Shown here: positions 22,557-33,651 of the stretch, piece after piece
How positions within the stretch are numbered: position 1 is the stretch's first letter
Layout of the letters: every line of letters begins with the position of its first letter
NCBI GenBank assembly: GCA_036281075.1
Contig: DASUPO010000091.1
Coordinates: 251 to 64,250, forward strand
Source of the DNA: Actinomycetota bacterium
Lineage (GTDB): Bacteria > Actinomycetota > UBA4738 > HRBIN12
DNA: 64,000 nucleotides
Direction: 5' to 3'
The notes under the pieces: model-generated
The model's database searches: none
The model's input: only the letters and a program-made list of their open reading frames with translations
Told to the model about the DNA's origin: nothing
Made by a program: the position numbers and the translations under genes

Positions 22557-23600
22557 ATGAGTCGATCCGACACGGACACCGACGTCTCCGAGGTCGAAGG
22601 GCGCGAGGTCGACGAACGCGTCGACCTCGAGTCGGCGCCGTCGGCGGAGATGCCGGCGTCGATCATCGGTCGGAGCCCGTGGGAGATCTTCTGGCGGCAC
22701 TTCCGCGAGGACCGCTTCGCGATCGCAGGCCTCGTGATCATCTTCTTCATGATCCTGCTCGCGCTCTTCGCCCCGGTGCTCGCCAGCATCACGAACCACG
22801 CGCCCAACCAGGTGAACCTGAACAGCCTCGACGAGTTCGGTCTCCCGTCGGCGCCGCAGTGGTGGTGGGGCCCGGAGAGCAAGGCGCCGCCCGGCTACTA
22901 CCTCGGCGTCGACGACACGGGCCGCGACCTCTTCGTCCGGATCGCCTACGGGGCCCGGACGTCCCTCACGGTCGCGTTCCTCGCGACGGGCATCGCGCTC
23001 GTGATCGGGGTGCTGCTGGGGCTCGCCGCGGGCTTCTTCCGCGGCAAGGTCGACACCGTGATCTCGCGCGCGACCGACGTCGTGCTCGCGCTGCCGATCC
23101 TGCTCCTCGCTCTGGGGATCGCCTCGGCGTGCGGCGCCAACGCGGAGGGCTGTCTCGGCGGCTTCATCAAACCGGGCCTGCGGCCCGTGATCCTGATCAT
23201 CGGCCTGTTCAGCTGGCCCTACATCAGCCGCATCGTCCGGGGCCAGGTCCTCTCGATCCGAGAGAAGGAGTTCGTCGAGGCATCCCGTTCCCTGGGCGCC
23301 TCGAACAGGCGGATCCTGCTCCGGGAGATCCTCCCGAACGTGGCCGCGCCGATCATCGTTTACACGACGCTGATCATCCCGAGCAACATCCTCTTCGAGG
23401 CCGGGCTCTCGTTCCTGGGCGTCGGCGTCCCGGACACGACCCCGTCGTGGGGGGCGATGCTCGCCGACGCCGGGACGGCGTTCCGTTTCGCGCCCTGGCT
23501 GATGATCTTCCCGGGGTTGGCCCTGTTCCTGACGACGCTGGCGTTCAACCTCGTGGGCGACGGTCTCCGTGACGCGCTCGATCCTCGGAAGGCCGTCTGA
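22557..23600 (+). CDS. Peptide ABC transporter permease (OppC/DppC-like)
   Basis: BPD-transporter core with EAA loop (ASRSLGASNRRILLREILPNVAAPIIV) and an N-terminal acidic extension. Confidence 0.85.
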   Translation: MSRSDTDTDVSEVEGREVDERVDLESAPSAEMPASIIGRSPWEIFWRHFREDRFAIAGLVIIFFMILLALFAPVLASITNHAPNQVNLNSLDEFGLPSAPQWWWGPESKAPPGYYLGVDDTGRDLFVRIAYGARTSLTVAFLATGIALVIGVLLGLAAGFFRGKVDTVISRATDVVLALPILLLALGIASACGANAEGCLGGFIKPGLRPVILIIGLFSWPYISRIVRGQVLSIREKEFVEASRSLGASNRRILLREILPNVAAPIIVYTTLIIPSNILFEAGLSFLGVGVPDTTPSWGAMLADAGTAFRFAPWLMIFPGLALFLTTLAFNLVGDGLRDALDPRKAV

Positions 23601-23700
23601 GCGTATCGACAGGGGGGACCCGGGTGCGAAAGGAGGATCGACCAGCCTCGAAGGCTCGAACGTGAAACGTGCACAGGAACCATCGAGAAGGGGGGTAGCT

Positions 23701-25572
23701 TTGAAACGAGCACTCAGAGTGATCGCTGTGGTGACGGTCCTCGGCCTCGTCGCCGCCGCATGCGGCGGCGACGGAGAGGAGCCACCGGGGCAGGACGGCG
23801 AGACGCCGTCCACCGAGAACCTCGAGGGCGGCACGCTGCGCATGGCGCAGCTCGCCGACGTCACCGCGGCGTTCGACCCGCAGAAGGAGTATTACTCCGT
23901 CACGTGGGAGTACTACCGGTGCTGTCTGCTCCGGACACTGATGTCGTACGACGGCGTCCCGACGGACGAGGGCGGCGCCGAGATCCATCCAGATCTCGCC
24001 TCCGACGTCCAGCAGTCCGAAGACGGCATGACGTGGACGTACACCCTCAAGCCGGGCTTGATGTACGCCCCGCCGAAGGACGACACTGAGATCACCGCGG
24101 GTGACTTCATCCGCGCGATCGAGCGGACGGCGAACCCCAAGGCCAACGTCGGCGGGTACTCCTTCTACTACTCGGTGATCGAAGGGTTCGACGACTTCGC
24201 CGCCGGCGACGCCGAGGAGATCTCGGGGATGACCGCCGTCGACGATCAGACCCTCGAGATCGTGACGACGACCCCGGTCGGCGACATGAGCTACCGGTTC
24301 GCGATGGGCACCACCGCGCCGATCCCTCCGGACGAGGAAGGCGAGCGGTTGGGGGTCGCCGAGGGTCACGACCGGGCCTACGGTCGGTTCCTGGTGGCCT
24401 CGGGCCCGTACATGTTCGAGGGCTCGGAGACGATGGACTTCTCCCTGCCCCCACGCGAGCAGACCGAGGCGCCGGGCTACGTCCCGGGCCGCCAGATCGT
24501 CCTGGTGGAGAATCCGTCCTACGACCCGGCGAGCGACGAGCTGCGGGACCACTTCCCGGAGCGGATCGAGGTCCGGATCGGCGGCGACAACGACGACCTG
24601 TACAACCAGGTCGCCGCAGGGGATCTGGACTTCGTGGTCGACGGCGCGGTGCCGCCGGAGAAGATCCGCGACTACCAGACCGACCCGGCGCTCCAGGACA
24701 AGCTCAACGTCTACCCGTCGGACGCCGTCCGGTACGTGTCGTTCAACCTGGCGGTGCCCCCGTTCGACGACGTCCACGTCCGGAAGGCGGTGAACTGGGC
24801 GTTCGACAAGCAGGGGTTCCGACAGTTGCGAGGTGGCCCGACGACCGGAGAGCTCGCGGGGCACATCTTCGTGAACAGCCTCCAGAACGACCTCCTCGGC
24901 GACTACGACCCGTACGAGACGCCGAACGGATCCGGTGACATCGAGAAGGCCAAGGAGGAGATGGCCCAGTCCGCGTACGACACGGACGGGGACGGGGTCT
25001 GCGACGCTCCCGAGTGCAGCGACATCCTCACGGTGACCGACCGCGAGGACCCGTACCCGGAGCAGTCGGCCCTGCTGCAGCAGTTCCTCGAGCAGATCGG
25101 GCTGACGCTCGACGTGAAGCAGCTCGAGCGGGGCACGATGTACAACCAGTGCAACGACGCCAACTCCCATCACGGCCTCTGCGCCGGGCCCGGTTGGGGC
25201 AAGGACTACGCCGACGGCGTCACGTTCGGCGAGCCCCTGTTCACCTCCGCCGGTCTGTGGGAGAGCTGCTGCAACTACTCACTCGTGGGAGCGAGCGACG
25301 ACCAGCTCCAGGAGTGGGGGTACGACGTCACGGGTATCCCGTCGGTGGACGACATGGAGGACGAGTGCGCAGCGGCGGACCCCGGTGACGCGCGGTTCCA
25401 ATGCTGGGCGGAACTCGACCAGCACTTGATGGAAGAGGTCGTGCCGTGGGTGCCGTACCTGTTCGACAACAGCGTCGACATCATCTCGGACAACGTCCAG
25501 CACTACTCGTTCGACCAGTTCGCTGGTCTGGCGGCGTTCGACTCGCTGGCCGTTCCGGGCAACACGGCATAG
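23701..25572 (+). CDS. Peptide/nickel-type ABC substrate-binding lipoprotein (family 5 SBP)
   Basis: TTG at 23701 follows a gaagggggg RBS (alternative GTG at 23662). Signal peptide with LVAAAC lipobox. Large family-5 SBP body of about 620 aa. Confidence 0.8.
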   Translation: MKRALRVIAVVTVLGLVAAACGGDGEEPPGQDGETPSTENLEGGTLRMAQLADVTAAFDPQKEYYSVTWEYYRCCLLRTLMSYDGVPTDEGGAEIHPDLASDVQQSEDGMTWTYTLKPGLMYAPPKDDTEITAGDFIRAIERTANPKANVGGYSFYYSVIEGFDDFAAGDAEEISGMTAVDDQTLEIVTTTPVGDMSYRFAMGTTAPIPPDEEGERLGVAEGHDRAYGRFLVASGPYMFEGSETMDFSLPPREQTEAPGYVPGRQIVLVENPSYDPASDELRDHFPERIEVRIGGDNDDLYNQVAAGDLDFVVDGAVPPEKIRDYQTDPALQDKLNVYPSDAVRYVSFNLAVPPFDDVHVRKAVNWAFDKQGFRQLRGGPTTGELAGHIFVNSLQNDLLGDYDPYETPNGSGDIEKAKEEMAQSAYDTDGDGVCDAPECSDILTVTDREDPYPEQSALLQQFLEQIGLTLDVKQLERGTMYNQCNDANSHHGLCAGPGWGKDYADGVTFGEPLFTSAGLWESCCNYSLVGASDDQLQEWGYDVTGIPSVDDMEDECAAADPGDARFQCWAELDQHLMEEVVPWVPYLFDNSVDIISDNVQHYSFDQFAGLAAFDSLAVPGNTA

Positions 25573-25590
25573 CCTGACCACCATCGCGGT

Positions 25591-25618
25591 CGAGGGGGTC
25601 GCGAACGCGACCCCCTCG
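25591..25618 (+). terminator. Perfect 12-bp GC hairpin between the SBP gene and the next permease gene
   Basis: cgagggggtcgc / loop gaac / gcgaccccctcg. No U-tract. Likely an intra-operon attenuator or mRNA-stabilising 3' hairpin. Confidence 0.5.
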
Positions 25619-25644
25619 CCGCGCTGGCGGAGGAAGGAGGCGAC

Positions 25645-26628
25645 ATGGGCCGGTACCTGATCAGGCGAGCCCTGTTCATGGTCCTCGTGATCATCATCGT
25701 CTCGTTCCTCACCTTCGTGATCTTCGTGAAGCTCCCCGCCGGTGATCCCGCGCGGCGCGCGGTCGGACGGACCACGACCCCGGAGCAGATCGAAAACGCG
25801 CGACGCGCGTTCGGTCTCGACAAACCGCTCTACGTCCAGTACTGGCGCTTCCTCAAGGGATTCATCCCGTGGCCCGGCTTGTGGCTGAACGAGGACGTCT
25901 ACTACTCGTACGACGGCTTCATCCCGGTGAAGGAGGAGCTCGCCCGCCGCATCCCGATCACGGGGGTCCTCGCGATCGGCGCGGCGGCGATCTGGCTGCT
26001 GTTGGGCATCCCGATCGGCATCCTCTCCGCGATCAAACGCGGGTCCTTCGCCGATCGCGCCGCGATGATCTTCGCGATCATCGGCGTCTCCATGCCGATC
26101 TTCTGGCTCGCGCAGCTGCTCTTATACGTCTTCTGGTACCAGCTCGAGCTGTTACCCCCCGCGGGTATCCCGATCGGCTACAACGGGTGGAGCGGCGCGT
26201 TCAGGGCCGCCCTCGAGGGCCGGTTCATCCTGCCGTGGATCTCGCTCGCGTACATCAACGCCGCGTTCTACGCCCGGATGGTCCGGGGGAACCTGATCGA
26301 GACGATGAGCGAGGATTACATCCGGACGGCACGCGCCAAGGGGCTCTCCGAGCGTCGCGTGATCTACAAGCACGGACTTCGCGGCGCCCTGACCCCCGTC
26401 GTCACGATGCTCGGCCTCGACATCGGTCTGTTGCTCGGCGGCGCCTTCATCACAGAGACGGTGTTCGGCCTCCCGGGGATCGGCCAGAAGGCGGTGCAGG
26501 CGATCAGCACGAACGACTTCCCGACCGTGATGGGCGTGACGATCCTCGGGGCGTTCATCATCGCCGTCGCGAACCTCGTGGTCGACGTCGCGTACGCGTT
26601 CCTCGACCCGCGGGTGAGGTACACCTAG
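25645..26628 (+). CDS. Peptide ABC transporter permease (OppB/DppB-like)
   Basis: Typical N-terminus MGRYLIRRALFMVLVIIIVSFLTF and EAA loop (YIRTARAKGLSERRVIYKHGLRGAL). Strong RBS ggaggaaggagg. Confidence 0.9.
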   Translation: MGRYLIRRALFMVLVIIIVSFLTFVIFVKLPAGDPARRAVGRTTTPEQIENARRAFGLDKPLYVQYWRFLKGFIPWPGLWLNEDVYYSYDGFIPVKEELARRIPITGVLAIGAAAIWLLLGIPIGILSAIKRGSFADRAAMIFAIIGVSMPIFWLAQLLLYVFWYQLELLPPAGIPIGYNGWSGAFRAALEGRFILPWISLAYINAAFYARMVRGNLIETMSEDYIRTARAKGLSERRVIYKHGLRGALTPVVTMLGLDIGLLLGGAFITETVFGLPGIGQKAVQAISTNDFPTVMGVTILGAFIIAVANLVVDVAYAFLDPRVRYT

Positions 26629-27638
26629 GTGGCCGAACCGCTCCTCGAGGTGAAGGACCTCAAGGTCCATTTCCCGACCGACGACGGCGTGGTGAAGGCC
26701 GTCGACGGCGTGAGCTACTCGCTCCAGCCCGGCGAGACGCTCGGGATCGTGGGGGAGTCCGGCTCCGGGAAGAGCGTCAGCTCGCTGACGGTGATGGGGC
26801 TGATCAACCGGAAGCAGGCCACCATCTCCGGGGAGGTGCTGTTCCAGGGTCAGGACCTGCTGAAGCTCGCCAAGGACGAGATGCGCACCGTGCGAGGCGA
26901 GAAGATCTCGATGATCTTCCAGGACCCGATGACGTCGCTGCATCCGTTCTACAAGGTCGGGTACCAGATCGCCGAGTCGATCCTGGAGCACCAGGACATC
27001 TCGAAGCAGGAGGCGATGGATCAGGCCATCGAGATGCTCGCGCGCGTGAACATCCCGCGCCCGAAGGAGCGCGCGGACCAGTACCCACATGAGTTCTCCG
27101 GCGGGATGCGACAGCGCGCGATGATCGCGATGGCGCTCGCCCTCAACCCGGACGTCCTGATCGCGGACGAGCCGACCACCGCGCTCGATGTGACGGTCCA
27201 GGCACAGATCCTCGACCTGATCGACCGGTTGAAGTCGGAGTTCAACGCCGCCGTGATCATCATCACGCATGACCTCGGCGTCGTCGCCGAGCACTGCGAC
27301 GACATCATGGTGATGTACGGCGGCAAGGCGGCCGAGTTCGGCAACACCGAGGACATCTACTACCAACCACTGCACCCGTACACGTGGGGCCTCCTCAGCT
27401 CGATCCCGCGGCTGGACGAGGAGAAGAAGGAGCGGCTCAACCCGATCAAGGGCCTGCCCCCGTCGTTGATCCAGGTTCCGCCTGGCTGCGCGTTCCATCC
27501 CCGGTGCCCCTACCGGTTCGACCCCTGCGACAAGGACGTTCCGGAGCTGTTGCCGGTGGACGGCCACCACGCCGCCGCCTGTCACCTCAGCCTGGCCGAC
27601 AAGGAGCGGATCCGGAGCGAGGAGGTGCTGGTCCGCCG

Positions 27639-27642
<4 letters not shown>
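26629..27642 (+). CDS. Peptide ABC transporter ATP-binding protein (OppD-like)
   Basis: Walker A GESGSGKSVSSL, signature FSGGMRQRAMIAMAL, C-terminal oligopeptide-type Cys cluster (PPGCAFHPRCPY). Confidence 0.9.
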
Positions 27643-28799
<1,157 letters not shown>

Positions 28800-28835
28800 C
28801 CCGACGACCCGCAGACCTCGAGGAAGGGACCGCAC

Positions 28836-29063
28836 GTGCTCGAATCGGTCGTGATCGTGATCGACATCATCGCGTCGCTGTTCCTGATCCTCACGATCCT
28901 GCTCCACTCGGGCCGCGGGTCCGGGATGTCCGAGCTGTTCGGCGGGTCCTCGAGCCTCGCCGGCGGCACGGCGTTGGAGCGCACCCTCGACCGCGTCACG
29001 GTCGTCACCGCGATCGTGTGGGGCCTGTGCACGTTCTGGCTCGCCTGGAAGTGGACGCCGTAG
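28836..29063 (+). CDS. secG: Preprotein translocase subunit SecG
   Basis: 75 aa with two TM helices flanking a Gly-rich loop (LLHSGRGSGMSELFGGSSS). Sits in the conserved position after tpiA. Confidence 0.85.
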   Translation: MLESVVIVIDIIASLFLILTILLHSGRGSGMSELFGGSSSLAGGTALERTLDRVTVVTAIVWGLCTFWLAWKWTP

Positions 29064-29088
29064 GGGCTTGGTAGCATCGCCCCAGCCC

Positions 29089-29174
29089 GTCGGAGTGGCG
29101 GAACTTGGTAGACGCGCTAGGTTGAGGGCCTAGTCCCCGAATAGGGGGTGGGGGTTCAAATCCCCCCTCCGACA
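29089..29174 (+). tRNA. tRNA-Leu (anticodon GAG), class II with long variable arm
   Basis: Cloverleaf folded by hand: acceptor gtcggag/ctccgac, anticodon arm ctagg-ttGAGgg-cctag, variable arm tccccgaataggggg, T arm ggggg-ttcaaat-ccccc, discriminator A. Close to the bacterial tRNA-Leu consensus GTGGCGGAA.TGGTAGACGCG. Confidence 0.9.
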
Positions 29175-29200
29175 CCTTGCTGACCAGCACACACCGAGAA

Positions 29201-29231
29201 GCTCCCGAAGCGGCTTCCTCGCTTCGGGAGC
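29201..29231. terminator. Perfect 12-bp hairpin just downstream of tRNA-Leu
   Basis: gctcccgaagcg / loop gcttcct / cgcttcgggagc. Could terminate the secG-tRNA transcript and/or the convergent integrase remnant. Confidence 0.5.
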
Positions 29232-29259
29232 ATGCGTTCTCCCACGTTTCTCCCGCGCC

Positions 29260-29700
29260 TCAGCCGTCGAGCACGGCGCGGAGCTTCGCAGCCGCCGTCG
29301 CTGGGCGCCGTCGTCGGGGTGGTTGAACGTATGCCGGACCGTAGGCCAAACGTTCCTCGGCCTGGCCCGCCTTCCATCGCCGGAGCTCGGCGCTGGTGCG
29401 CTCGTCGATGGCAACGCTGCGCGGCTCACACTCCGTCAGCTCTGGCGGGCCGGACCTCATCGCCTCAGGAGCCTGATCGTCCAACGGAGCAGGGCATGAG
29501 GCCGCCCTTTTCCCCTAGCGGCACCGCGAACCAGTCAGCGCGTCCGTGAAAGGAAGCCCGACGAAGAGAAGCGCGGATCTTCGCGGAAGGCTGCGACCTC
29601 ATGCGCGCGATGTGGAGGACCGATGCCACCGCCTGCTGGCACGGGTCGTCCGGCCAGAGCGGTGACCGAGAGTGATACGTTCGAGCGACCACCGACCTGG
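29260..29700 (-). pseudogene. Tyrosine-integrase-like remnant (N-terminal/linker part only, frameshifted)
   Basis: The minus-strand frame gives AIDERTSAELRRWKAGQAEERLAYGPAY, typical of the linker of actinobacterial tyrosine integrases. Another frame upstream gives GRWSLERITLGHRSGRTTR (arm-binding-like). There is no room for a catalytic domain before the tRNA. Confidence 0.45.
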
Positions 29701-29711
29701 GGAGGTCTAGG

Positions 29712-30422
29712 ATGCATCTTCGCGTGATGCTCGCCGTCACCTTCGCGGTTATCATCCTCGCGCCCGCCACAGCGTCAGCCGCGCCGAAGGGAAGCGCTTC
29801 GCCGGTGACCTGCACGCTGCCCGAATCGGATGCCGAGAGCCTCGAGCTCCTGAGCACCTACTACCAGGGGTACTGGTGGGACCACACCGACCTGACGATC
29901 GCCGTCCAGTCCCACCCCGACGCCACCGAGGCGCAGCTCGATTCGGTCCACGATGCCATCGCGATCTGGGCGGATGTGCTGCTCAGGTGCTTCGGCGGCG
30001 CGATCACGTTGACAGACGTCACCGGAACCGGGACGAACAACCAGCAGGTTGCCGACATCGTGGTGCACTACGTTCCGCACTTCGGGGGCTCCGCGTTCGG
30101 CGGGATCGCGCTCTGCGGCCAACAGGACTGCGGGAACGTCATCGTTGGTTCGGTGCCGCCGCCGGGGTCCGCCTTCGACGAGTACACGCCCGAGGAACTC
30201 ACCTGGGTTGCCCTCCACGAGATCGGCCACGCGCTCGGGCTCGGGCACGCCACGAACCTCGAGGAGAGCACCGACCTGATGGGCTATGGCTGGCCGGACC
30301 TGGGTGACCCGGTCCTATCCGATTGCGACATCGACGCGCTCGCCGTGGTCTTCGCGTGGGTGTTCGAAGGAGGAGATCCGCACCCGCCCGAAGCCGGCCC
30401 GTACGACTGCTCGCTCGATTAG
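29712..30422 (+). CDS. Secreted zinc metalloprotease, metzincin (matrixin/M10-like)
   Basis: Signal peptide MHLRVMLAVTFAVIILAPATASA, zinc motif HEIGHALGLGH (HExxHxxGxxH), downstream Met-turn candidate DLMGYG. RBS ggggagg. Confidence 0.8.
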   Translation: MHLRVMLAVTFAVIILAPATASAAPKGSASPVTCTLPESDAESLELLSTYYQGYWWDHTDLTIAVQSHPDATEAQLDSVHDAIAIWADVLLRCFGGAITLTDVTGTGTNNQQVADIVVHYVPHFGGSAFGGIALCGQQDCGNVIVGSVPPPGSAFDEYTPEELTWVALHEIGHALGLGHATNLEESTDLMGYGWPDLGDPVLSDCDIDALAVVFAWVFEGGDPHPPEAGPYDCSLD

Positions 30423-30717
30423 GATCGGGGCCGCGGGGGGTAGAGGAGGATCAGCGCCGCCCCACCGAGATCACGCTCGGACGGCTGGTTCCCGTGCTTG
30501 CCGCAGACGATTTCTCACAGCGTCATGAATCAACCCCTCGTGGGAACGTCCGTAGCGCTGGCCCTACGTATTCGTCGCATCCTGGCCCCCGTCGCTGGAA
30601 TGCTTGTCCGCTGATGACGTGGAAGAAGCGACCTGGAACCGCGGCGTAAGCTCGTACAGGGGTCGGGCTCGGAGACCGGAACGCCCTCCGGGTCCCCCCT
30701 CCTCTGGAGGTGAGTCT

Positions 30718-30978
30718 GTGGACGATCAACCTCATAGCGGATCGCGCGGAACCCATCCGGAGGAAGCGAGCGTGTGGTGGGAGCCAGCACGTTTCCGCCC
30801 AGAGGAGATAGAGGCTGTGCTCCCAGACGGAACGCGGCTCAGGCCTGTGCTGGTCGAGGCCGGGCGCCGACTCGCGTTCGAGCGCAAGCTCCCTCTCGGA
30901 ACCTCCATCTATCGAGGAGGCCGCAGGGCCTGGATCGTCGGCGTGGCTGGCCAGCTTCTCGATCCAGATGCCGATTGA
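30718..30978 (+). CDS. Hypothetical protein (86 aa)
   Basis: GTG preceded by RBS ggaggtgag. No recognisable motif. The longer track ORF from 30604 has no better start context. Confidence 0.35.
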   Translation: MDDQPHSGSRGTHPEEASVWWEPARFRPEEIEAVLPDGTRLRPVLVEAGRRLAFERKLPLGTSIYRGGRRAWIVGVAGQLLDPDAD

Positions 30979-31321
30979 AGCTTGAACCCAGGTCCCTTTA
31001 CGTCTTCACGCTCATGTGCGCGTCCCATCTCTCGCTCCCGTCTGGCCACCCTGCAGCCGTGGCGATGCTCCCGACGATGCTCGCCGACGATCTGCACGGC
31101 GCCCGCTAGTCGCTCAGCAACCGCTCGGCACCTCAGCATGATCGGGTAGGCCGAGAAGGGTGGGCATACTCATCGGGAGCGGGTTCGATCCTTTCCAGGG
31201 AGGATGCTGCCGGAAGTCACGATCGAGCATGCTTGGCCGTTTGACACCTCTAGGAGGGCTGCCTAGCGTCGGGGGATCGGCCCGGATCCGAACCGAGCCC
31301 CCGTCGGAAGGAGGGTGCCGC

Positions 31322-33148
31322 ATGAGGACATCCAGGCGGATCGCCGGAATCCTCGTACTCGGAGCGATGGTCACGCTCCTCGGCCTGCAGGCGATCCCTG
31401 CGAGTGCCGTTCACGGTGACGACACGGAGGTCACCGTGGGAAGCAACGACAACGTCTTCTCGCAGAACAAGCAGAACGAACCGGCGGTAGCGATCGACCC
31501 GGCGCGGCCCTGGTTGGTTGCTGCCGGGGCGAACGACAACATCGACATGGAGGCTTGCAACGCCGGCCCGGACACCGACTGCCCGTTCACCACGGACGTG
31601 GGCGGCTCGGGGATCCAGTTCTCGTTCAGCTCGGGCGACAGCTGGGTCCAGCCCACCTATAGCGGCCTCACCGCTCGGGACTGCTTGGGCGTCGTGGGTG
31701 ACACCGATCCGCCCTGTGTCGCGCACCCAGGTCCGATCGGCACGCTGCCGCACTACGACGACGCCGGCATGGTGTCCGATGGCGACCCAGCGGTCGTCTT
31801 CGGGCCGATACCGGATGCGAGCGGAGAGTTCTCGTGGGACAACGGCTCACGCCTGTACTACGCGAATCTGGCCGCCGCCACGACGGTGACCGAAACGCCA
31901 CCCTTCCGGGGGTTCGAGGCGATCGCCGTCTCGCGGATGGACGTGCCCGCCTCCGTCGATACTGCCGGCGAAGCGGCTTCTGTCGTCTCGTCGGAGAGCA
32001 GCTGGGCCGATCCGGTCGTCGTGAGCAAGCAGAGCGCAACCACGTTCAGCGACAAGGAGCAGATCTGGGTCGACCAGGACGAGGACAGCCCGTTCTTCGG
32101 CAACGCGTACGTGTGCTGGGCATCGTTCCGGAGCCTGAGCAGCGGCAACGCGCTACCGACGCCGCTTCGGGTCGCCACGTCCACCGATGGCGGCGAGACC
32201 TGGACCGACCGGCAGGTCACCGACGCCACGAACAATCCCTTCAACCCGAAGAAGGGCTTTGGGCGGTCCGGGTGCACGATCCGAACCGACACCGATGGCG
32301 TGGTCTACGTCTTCGCGAACCAGTTTGCGGTCGGGACGCCCGGAGAGGGTGCGCACATCATGATCCGCTCGTTCGACGGCGGACGGCGATGGACGCGACC
32401 ACTTGAGTTGTTCACGGCAGTGGACGCGTGCTTCGCGATCCAGTTCGACGGCGCGGGCTTCCGGTGCGTGATGGACGGCGTGGCCGGGGCGCGGGACGAC
32501 CTCTCGTCGTCCCCGAGCCTCGACATCGCGCTGGACACCGGATTCCTGTACGACGTGTGGGCCGATGGGCGGAGCGGTAGTGCCGGACCACCGGTTGACA
32601 ACACGACGCAGCTGCGGCTCGCGTTCGCCCATGCGGACGACGCCGGTTCACCGGCGGCCTGGACGCAGATGCAGATCCCGGTGGCGGCTGGGGATCGTCC
32701 GTACTACGCGGCGATCGCGCTATCGCCCGACGGCACGGACGCGTACCTCGTGTACAACGCATTCACGAACCCGTATCGCAACGACACCACGTCGTCGCGA
32801 GGGCTCGTCGGCGTGGTCCTTCACGCCGACGTGGATCCGACGACGGGGGTGCCCGGAGCGTTCACCGAGGTGCATCGTGGACCGACGGGTGATCCTCGGG
32901 CGTCGGCGCAGAACAACCTCGTCCTCGAGTTCCTCGGGGACTATGTCTACGCCGATGCGACGAACGACTACGGGGTCGCGGTGTGGCAAGACACGCGGCA
33001 GGGAGCCGTCTGCCCGGCAATCCAAGCTTGGCGAGCGACGGTCCAGGCGACGCTCACACTCTCGACGCCGCCGGCCGTGCAGCAGGCGTGCCCGGCGACG
33101 TTCGGGAACTCGGACATCTGGGCTTGGTCTGGCGCCGACCCGAGCTGA
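31322..33148 (+). CDS. Secreted BNR/Asp-box repeat protein (sialidase-fold beta-propeller)
   Basis: ATG after RBS ggaaggaggg. Signal peptide MRTSRRIAGILVLGAMVTLLGLQAIPASA. Asp-boxes SSGDSW, STDGGETW, SFDGGRRW. Confidence 0.8.
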   Translation: MRTSRRIAGILVLGAMVTLLGLQAIPASAVHGDDTEVTVGSNDNVFSQNKQNEPAVAIDPARPWLVAAGANDNIDMEACNAGPDTDCPFTTDVGGSGIQFSFSSGDSWVQPTYSGLTARDCLGVVGDTDPPCVAHPGPIGTLPHYDDAGMVSDGDPAVVFGPIPDASGEFSWDNGSRLYYANLAAATTVTETPPFRGFEAIAVSRMDVPASVDTAGEAASVVSSESSWADPVVVSKQSATTFSDKEQIWVDQDEDSPFFGNAYVCWASFRSLSSGNALPTPLRVATSTDGGETWTDRQVTDATNNPFNPKKGFGRSGCTIRTDTDGVVYVFANQFAVGTPGEGAHIMIRSFDGGRRWTRPLELFTAVDACFAIQFDGAGFRCVMDGVAGARDDLSSSPSLDIALDTGFLYDVWADGRSGSAGPPVDNTTQLRLAFAHADDAGSPAAWTQMQIPVAAGDRPYYAAIALSPDGTDAYLVYNAFTNPYRNDTTSSRGLVGVVLHADVDPTTGVPGAFTEVHRGPTGDPRASAQNNLVLEFLGDYVYADATNDYGVAVWQDTRQGAVCPAIQAWRATVQATLTLSTPPAVQQACPATFGNSDIWAWSGADPS

Positions 33149-33170
33149 GATCCGGTCGATGCGGAGGTGC

Positions 33171-33200
33171 GAGAGGGGCCGCCCCACCGGCGCCCCTCTC
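33171..33200 (+). terminator. GC hairpin after the BNR gene
   Basis: gagaggggc / 12-nt loop / gcccctctc, 22 nt after the stop codon. No U-tract. Confidence 0.45.
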
Positions 33201-33279
33201 GACGTGCTCGAGAGCGCCCTGCGCGTCGTTCGCCCGATGAATGGCGACGCCTGGCGATGTGTGCGAGTGGCCGTCGGGA

Positions 33280-33558
33280 CTAGCCACGTCCATCGCCCGC
33301 CACGGGAGGGCTTACGAGCACCCGGACACGACCGACCCCGCTTTTGCTCAGGTCGCTTCTGAAGCTCAGCGAACCTGAGGGCTGGTGGGTCGATTGCGGC
33401 GTCTGTTCACATGGCTGGAGGTCCCAAGCGTTCGTCACGAGCTCGCTCGTCAGCAGCAACACCGAATCCGTGAGGTGGGTCGGGAGCTTCTCGTCGAGGA
33501 CCTCGCGCAGGAAACTCCTGGCGACCGGGGCCGCCTCAGGGCGCGAGGGAACGGTCAA
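33280..33558 (-). pseudogene. Anti-sigma factor serine kinase (RsbW/SpoIIAB-like) N-terminal fragment
   Basis: ARSFLREVLDE...DSVLLLTSELVTNAW matches the start of HATPase_c anti-sigma kinases. The sequence after NAW loses all similarity and no G-boxes follow. Confidence 0.4.
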
Positions 33559-33651
33559 AGAGCGGTCGGCACATCCTTTCTTCCTCTATGTCAGGTCCCG
33601 AACAGACGACTGGTCCCACCCGGCATACCCTCGGTGTGCGAGGGGGGAAAC

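Noticed and set aside
31185-31300. T-loop-like strings (gcgggttcgatcc at about 31198, and ggttcggatcc on the minus strand at about 31285) that might be further tRNA or att remnants
   Set aside because: No complementary acceptor or T-stem partners could be found, so neither folds into a tRNA arm. They are probably chance matches. The second is part of a local hairpin in the BNR gene leader.
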